Translations under genes and position numbers: made by a program
Shown: in pieces, positions 38,289 to 42,361 of the stretch
How the letters are laid out: each line of letters opens with the position of its first letter
Position numbering within the stretch: the stretch's first letter is position 1
Assembly: GCA_012521015.1 (NCBI GenBank)
Contig: JAAYNE010000017.1
Span: 1 to 42,361 of the forward strand
From: Clostridiaceae bacterium
Lineage (GTDB): Bacteria > Bacillota > Clostridia > Saccharofermentanales > DTU023
Length of the DNA: 42,361 nucleotides
Reading direction: 5' to 3'
Notes under the pieces: generated by a model
What the model saw: the letters and a program-made list of their open reading frames with translations, nothing else
Told to the model about the DNA's origin: nothing
The model's database searches: none

Positions 38289-39278
38289 TTAGTTAGCAAT
38301 GGCTTCATCAAACTTGATGTCTGAAGCTGGGAAATCAACTTTCTTAACAAATTCACAAGCTTCCGTTGCTCCGGCAATACGATCCATACCGGAATCTTCC
38401 CATTCAACAGAAAGAGGACCTTGATAATCATAAGCATTCAACACACGAATGATTTCTTCAAAGTTAACATCTCCATGACCTAAAGATCTAAAATTCCATC
38501 CTCTTCTGAGATCACCGAAATCAATATGAGAGCCTAAAAGACCGGAACGGCCATCAAGAGTTACCGCTGCATCTTTCATATGTACATGATATACTCTGTC
38601 TATAAAATCTTTTAAATAAACATGAGGAGTTACTCCTTGCCAGATCAGATGACTAGGATCAAAATTTAAACCAAATTCAGGTCGTGAGCTAAATACTTCT
38701 AATAATCTTTCTGTTGAATAATAATCAAAAGCAATTTCTCCAGGATGAACTTCCAATGCGAATTTTATATTATTTTCTTTGAATACATCTAAAATCGGAG
38801 ACCAGAGATCATATATTTCTTGAAATCCATTTTCGATCATTTCTTCTGTTGTCTGCGGAAAAGAATATAGATATTTCCAAATCGGAGAACCTGTAAACCC
38901 GGTAACAACATAAGCGCCTAAATTCTTTGCTGCCTGGGCTGAATATTTCATATACTCTATTCCCCATTTTCTGATTTCTTCAGGCTTATCCTTTAAATCA
39001 GCCGGTGCAAAATTATTCAGACGAGGATCATTATAATCTCCAACACATTGGCCTATTACATGTGCTGAGATAGCCTGACATTCTAAGCCATATTTTTTCA
39101 ATAGTTCTTTTATTTCCAAAACATAATCCATATCCGTTGCTGCACGTTTAACATCTAAATGTTTACCTTGGCAAGCTATTTCTAAGCCTTCATAACCCAT
39201 TTCTTTTGCTAATTTGCACATAGCCTCCATGTCCAAATCAGCCCATTGTGATGTCATAAGTGTAACTAATCTTCCCAT
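38289..39278 (-). CDS. Xylose-isomerase-like TIM-barrel sugar isomerase/epimerase/eliminase (IolE/AP_endonuc_2 clan)
   Basis: QWADL, GYEGLEIAC, metal ligands ALEVHPGE, NFDPSH, HVHMKD, SVEWED. Confidence 0.9.
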   Translation of the reverse strand: MGRLVTLMTSQWADLDMEAMCKLAKEMGYEGLEIACQGKHLDVKRAATDMDYVLEIKELLKKYGLECQAISAHVIGQCVGDYNDPRLNNFAPADLKDKPEEIRKWGIEYMKYSAQAAKNLGAYVVTGFTGSPIWKYLYSFPQTTEEMIENGFQEIYDLWSPILDVFKENNIKFALEVHPGEIAFDYYSTERLLEVFSSRPEFGLNFDPSHLIWQGVTPHVYLKDFIDRVYHVHMKDAAVTLDGRSGLLGSHIDFGDLRRGWNFRSLGHGDVNFEEIIRVLNAYDYQGPLSVEWEDSGMDRIAGATEACEFVKKVDFPASDIKFDEAIAN

Positions 39279-39329
39279 AATAACCTCCTAAATAAAACAT
39301 ATTAATAAATTATTTTCAAAATAATATTT

Positions 39330-39615
39330 GTTTACTTGACTTCCCAAAGTTTCTAATTTTTACCTATCGGATCTATAATATAACTCTTCATCATTTTACA
39401 AGACTATTTTAAAATTACTGAAACACCAAATGCCTGTATTGCTTCATCAATCTTTTAAAGCAAGCAATTTTTCATAATATATCTGTTTATTTGAATTGAG
39501 AATTTGTTTGTTTATTAAACTATGTGCTATAAGAATTGCTAAATTTAGTACAATCCTAATTTTGGAATCTAAAAGAAGTTCTACTATACTATATATTTTA
39601 TACAGAATCATCTTT
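39330..39615 (-). pseudogene. Decayed, internally deleted copy of the oxidoreductase at 31316-32491
   Basis: About 39331-39450 aligns by eye to 31317-31437, and about 39484-39610 to 32217-32343 (e.g. shared gaattgagaatttgtttgtttatt). Confidence 0.8.
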
Positions 39616-39801
39616 TTTTACCTAGTTCTCCCTACTCCTTAGCAATTTAGATAAATACCACTTCTCTACAAATGCTGTACAACTTCAATAAATTCATTTG
39701 TAAATCTTTTCTATCGGCAAATCCACACTTTTTTATTGTTGTTCCCTTTAAACATCTAACCAATTCTTTGCATATAATACGCAAACAACTGTGAGAAAAT
39801 C

Positions 39802-39857
39802 ATACACTGTACCTGGTAATTTAACAAAAATATATCATTTTATACATCATTTTTCAA
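39802..39857 (-). promoter_or_regulatory. Sigma-A promoter with the same operator-like motif (copy 2)
   Basis: -35 TTGAAA (39857-52), 17 nt, TG-A-TATATT (-10 at 39834-29), identical CAGGTACAGTGTAT (39815-02). Confidence 0.65.
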
Positions 39858-39943
39858 ATACATGAATTGCAAGTTAAACTGAAATTAAATTTTATTCTGT
39901 TTTACAATTTACCATCTTTTTCCAGATGATCTTAACACTAAAC

Positions 39944-40783
39944 TTAAATCGTGTTTAAAATTCTTGTGGATTGTCTTTGGTGACGATTGGGAGAATAGAC
40001 TATAACATCAGGTTCGACTTTTGTTTTCAAAACGTAATTATGGTCATATCCACCAACCAGCCTAAGTTGCTCATAATCCGCTTCAATATCCTGACCAATC
40101 ATTTTTGGAGTCCTAAAATCCAACGGTGTGTGGTCAACGGCTAAAAGATTTCCCGTTGGTATAGCTTCCGAAGTTATCTCAGTAAAATAATCCACATTTA
40201 TTTTTAGGTAATGATTCAATATACTTTCAGAACCATCACCGTTTAAATTAAAGTAACTATGATTTGTTAGATTAGCAATACTGGCGGAAGGAGTTGTGGC
40301 TTTGTAATTAATAATAAGTTCACTCTTGTCTGTTAGTATATAATTCACAAAACATTCAACTTCTCCCGGATAATTGGAGTCTCCATCCGGACTGAAAAAT
40401 CTAAAGGTTGAAGCATTTTCATATTCTATACATTCCCACACTTTATTCCAAAAACCTTTAGAACCTCCGTGAAGATGGTTTTTATCATCATTTTTTTCAA
40501 CTAAACAGTTTTATGAAACCAATCAAATTTCCCGTCTGCTATGCGATTGCTATACCGACCAATAACACTTACAAAGCAGACAGGATTTTTTAAATACATA
40601 TAAGGATCTTTATAACCAGGAACCACTTCCGTTTATTTACCATTACTATCCATAACCTTGAGAGACAATATTATACATTCTAGATTTAATACTTCCATGG
40701 GCATTTTTGTGTTGTTGGTGATAGTCTACTTACAAACTGTTTCACTACCAAATTCAAAATAATTCTTCTCTTTTAATTTTCAT
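39944..40783 (-). pseudogene. galM: Aldose 1-epimerase (mutarotase) pseudogene
   Basis: IGRYSNRIADG, NHLHGG..GF...VW, DG...YPG, NLTNHSYFNL, GGYDHNY spread over broken frames with internal stops; C-terminus missing. Confidence 0.88.
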
Positions 40784-40808
40784 AATTAGCCCTTTTTTCC
40801 ATTAACTT

Positions 40809-40870
40809 AAAAAGAGATCTAAATAAAACTCATATTATTTTTTTAGAATAATCAAAATTACTTAGATCTC
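40809..40870 (-). terminator. Terminator-like hairpin after the oxidoreductase at 40939
   Basis: gagatctaa (40814-22)/ttagatctc (40862-70), followed by U5 on the minus strand; long loop. Confidence 0.5.
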
Positions 40871-40938
40871 TAATAATTAATAATCATTGCTTAAACAGTA
40901 AAATTATTAATTTGTATTTACATTGAAAAATTTTCTCA

Positions 40939-42081
40939 TTAATCTAGTTCAAAAAGTTCAGGTCTCTCGCACTTACTCTCTACTTTATAATATTTTCCTT
41001 CATTTGAAGAAATATAGAAACCATGCAAAATCTCAAGTACATGGTAAGCAATATCACCACTAGCTCTATGATTTCTATTCTCAATTATAGAATTACACAT
41101 ATCTTCTAAACCAACACCTCTACTGTTACTATTATATTCGTAAATAACTGGTATTGAATTCCACTCAGTTGCAGGATTTCTAGGAATTGCATCAGGATAT
41201 CCATTCCAATCTGATTGATCTTTATGCCTTAATAAAACATCTCCACCAAAAATATTTGGTCCACCTAAAGGATCTTCATCAACAATACTTAAAGTCCCCT
41301 CGCTTCCATATATCTCCAAATTTGGAAGATGAGAGTCCCATATATCAAAACTCGTCATCACATTTGCTATTAAACCGCTATCAAACTCTAGCGTTCCTGC
41401 AACGTGTGTGGGTACTTCAACATCTATTATCTCCCCTTTCAAAGGTTCACTTGTTATGGTTCTTTGGGGGAAAGAAATTTTTGCGTATCCTGCAACTCTA
41501 TTAACAGAACCTAGTAATGTCACAAGTGCTGTTATATAATATGGACCCATATCAAACAATGGACCTGCACCTGTTTTATAAAAAAATTCCGGACCTGGAT
41601 GCCAGATTTCATGCCCATGGCAAGCCATAAATGCCGTAGCAGCGACTGGCCTTCCAATCCAACCATCATCTAAAATTTTTCTTATCGTCTGCAATCTTCC
41701 GCCTAAAAAAGTATCAGGCGCACACCCAACCTTGAGTCCTTTTTTATTTGCAACATCTAAAATCCTTTTTCCATCTTCTAATTCAACAGCTAAAGGTTTT
41801 TCTGAATAAACATGTTTACCAGCATTTAATGCAGCTATCATAACGTCTGCATGAGATCCCGGGTTGGTTAAATTCAACACTAATTCTATATTATCGTCTT
41901 TAAGAATTTCTTCTACCGTACAAGACTTGGAAATATTATATTTTTCCGCCTGCAATTTAGCTTTATCCTGAATTAGATCTGCACATGCAATAACTTCCAT
42001 AACATCAGATTTGGCTATATTCTGAAAATAAATATCACTTATAACCCCACAACCAACTAAACCAATCCCTATTTTTTTCAT
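40939..42081 (-). CDS. Gfo/Idh/MocA oxidoreductase, paralog of 31316-32491
   Basis: IGLVGCGVIS, LNLTNP, KHVYSEKP, APDTFLG, GHEIWHP, AGPLFDMGPYY; AAGGAG supports ATG 42081. Confidence 0.93.
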   Translation of the reverse strand: MKKIGIGLVGCGVISDIYFQNIAKSDVMEVIACADLIQDKAKLQAEKYNISKSCTVEEILKDDNIELVLNLTNPGSHADVMIAALNAGKHVYSEKPLAVELEDGKRILDVANKKGLKVGCAPDTFLGGRLQTIRKILDDGWIGRPVAATAFMACHGHEIWHPGPEFFYKTGAGPLFDMGPYYITALVTLLGSVNRVAGYAKISFPQRTITSEPLKGEIIDVEVPTHVAGTLEFDSGLIANVMTSFDIWDSHLPNLEIYGSEGTLSIVDEDPLGGPNIFGGDVLLRHKDQSDWNGYPDAIPRNPATEWNSIPVIYEYNSNSRGVGLEDMCNSIIENRNHRASGDIAYHVLEILHGFYISSNEGKYYKVESKCERPELFELD

Positions 42082-42258
42082 AAAGTATTTCTCCTTAATT
42101 TTATCAAAATATTTCTGTGCTGAATTCAAAGCAAACCGTGAATTATGTTTGATTTGTCAACTAATTTTTAAAAATTAACCTTTTCATACCATTTGCATAC
42201 CAAAATAAAAATCAATCACAATTCAAATTATGAATTTTTTATATTTTATGCAAATCAA

Positions 42259-42361
42259 TTAATCAATCTCAGATTTTGACGCCCACAGAAAGCCTCTGCG
42301 CTGCAGCTCAGAAACTTGGTAGATGTCAAATATTGTATCTACATGTCCCATAGATTGGTAA
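42259..42361 (-). CDS. C-terminus of a probable ThuA-like domain protein (partial, runs off the window)
   Basis: ...YQSMGHVDTIFDIYQVSELQRRGFLWASKSEID* fits the ThuA-like ending Y.S.GH...F......RG..WA. Only 33 aa visible; not in the ORF track. Confidence 0.65.
   Translation of the reverse strand, partial: YQSMGHVDTIFDIYQVSELQRRGFLWASKSEID

Noticed and set aside
39944-40441. 165-aa ORF as an intact gene
   Set aside because: It is the middle fragment of the galM pseudogene.
1-42361. CRISPR array, IS element, prophage, toxin-antitoxin or known defence system
   Set aside because: No regularly spaced repeats and no transposase, integrase, phage or nuclease motifs seen on either strand.

Overview
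Low-GC Firmicute (Clostridia-like) chromosomal window with no integrase, transposase, phage or CRISPR signal. The left two-thirds is housekeeping and metal/redox metabolism: tRNA-Val(GAC), ppa, a membrane J-domain protein, an ABC-2 exporter, a DMT transporter, DUF1858, a nickel-pincer cofactor cluster (DUF3842-larE-larB-larC, no larA), sodA, divergent citrate synthase/aconitase, yjbQ, a cyclophilin, copA-csoR, a CapA-family lipoprotein, lplA, DUF3048 and an FAH hydrolase. A small apparently acquired patch (pcm, diguanylate cyclase, flavodoxin-MarR) and lpd follow. The right third is a partly decayed sugar-catabolic locus (ThuA-like fragment, three intact Gfo/Idh/MocA dehydrogenases, a TIM-barrel isomerase/eliminase, a galM pseudogene, a decayed duplicate gene plus promoter), interrupted by an AEC transporter and a 994-aa membrane subtilase-vWA-zinc-ribbon protein. 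Most notable: a candidate 3-keto-glycoside pathway, a CopZ-like chaperone apparently nested inside copA with its own RBS, an aconitase that seems to start at ATA, and a ppa leader hairpin with an anti-SD loop. All calls come from reading motifs by eye; no database search was run.
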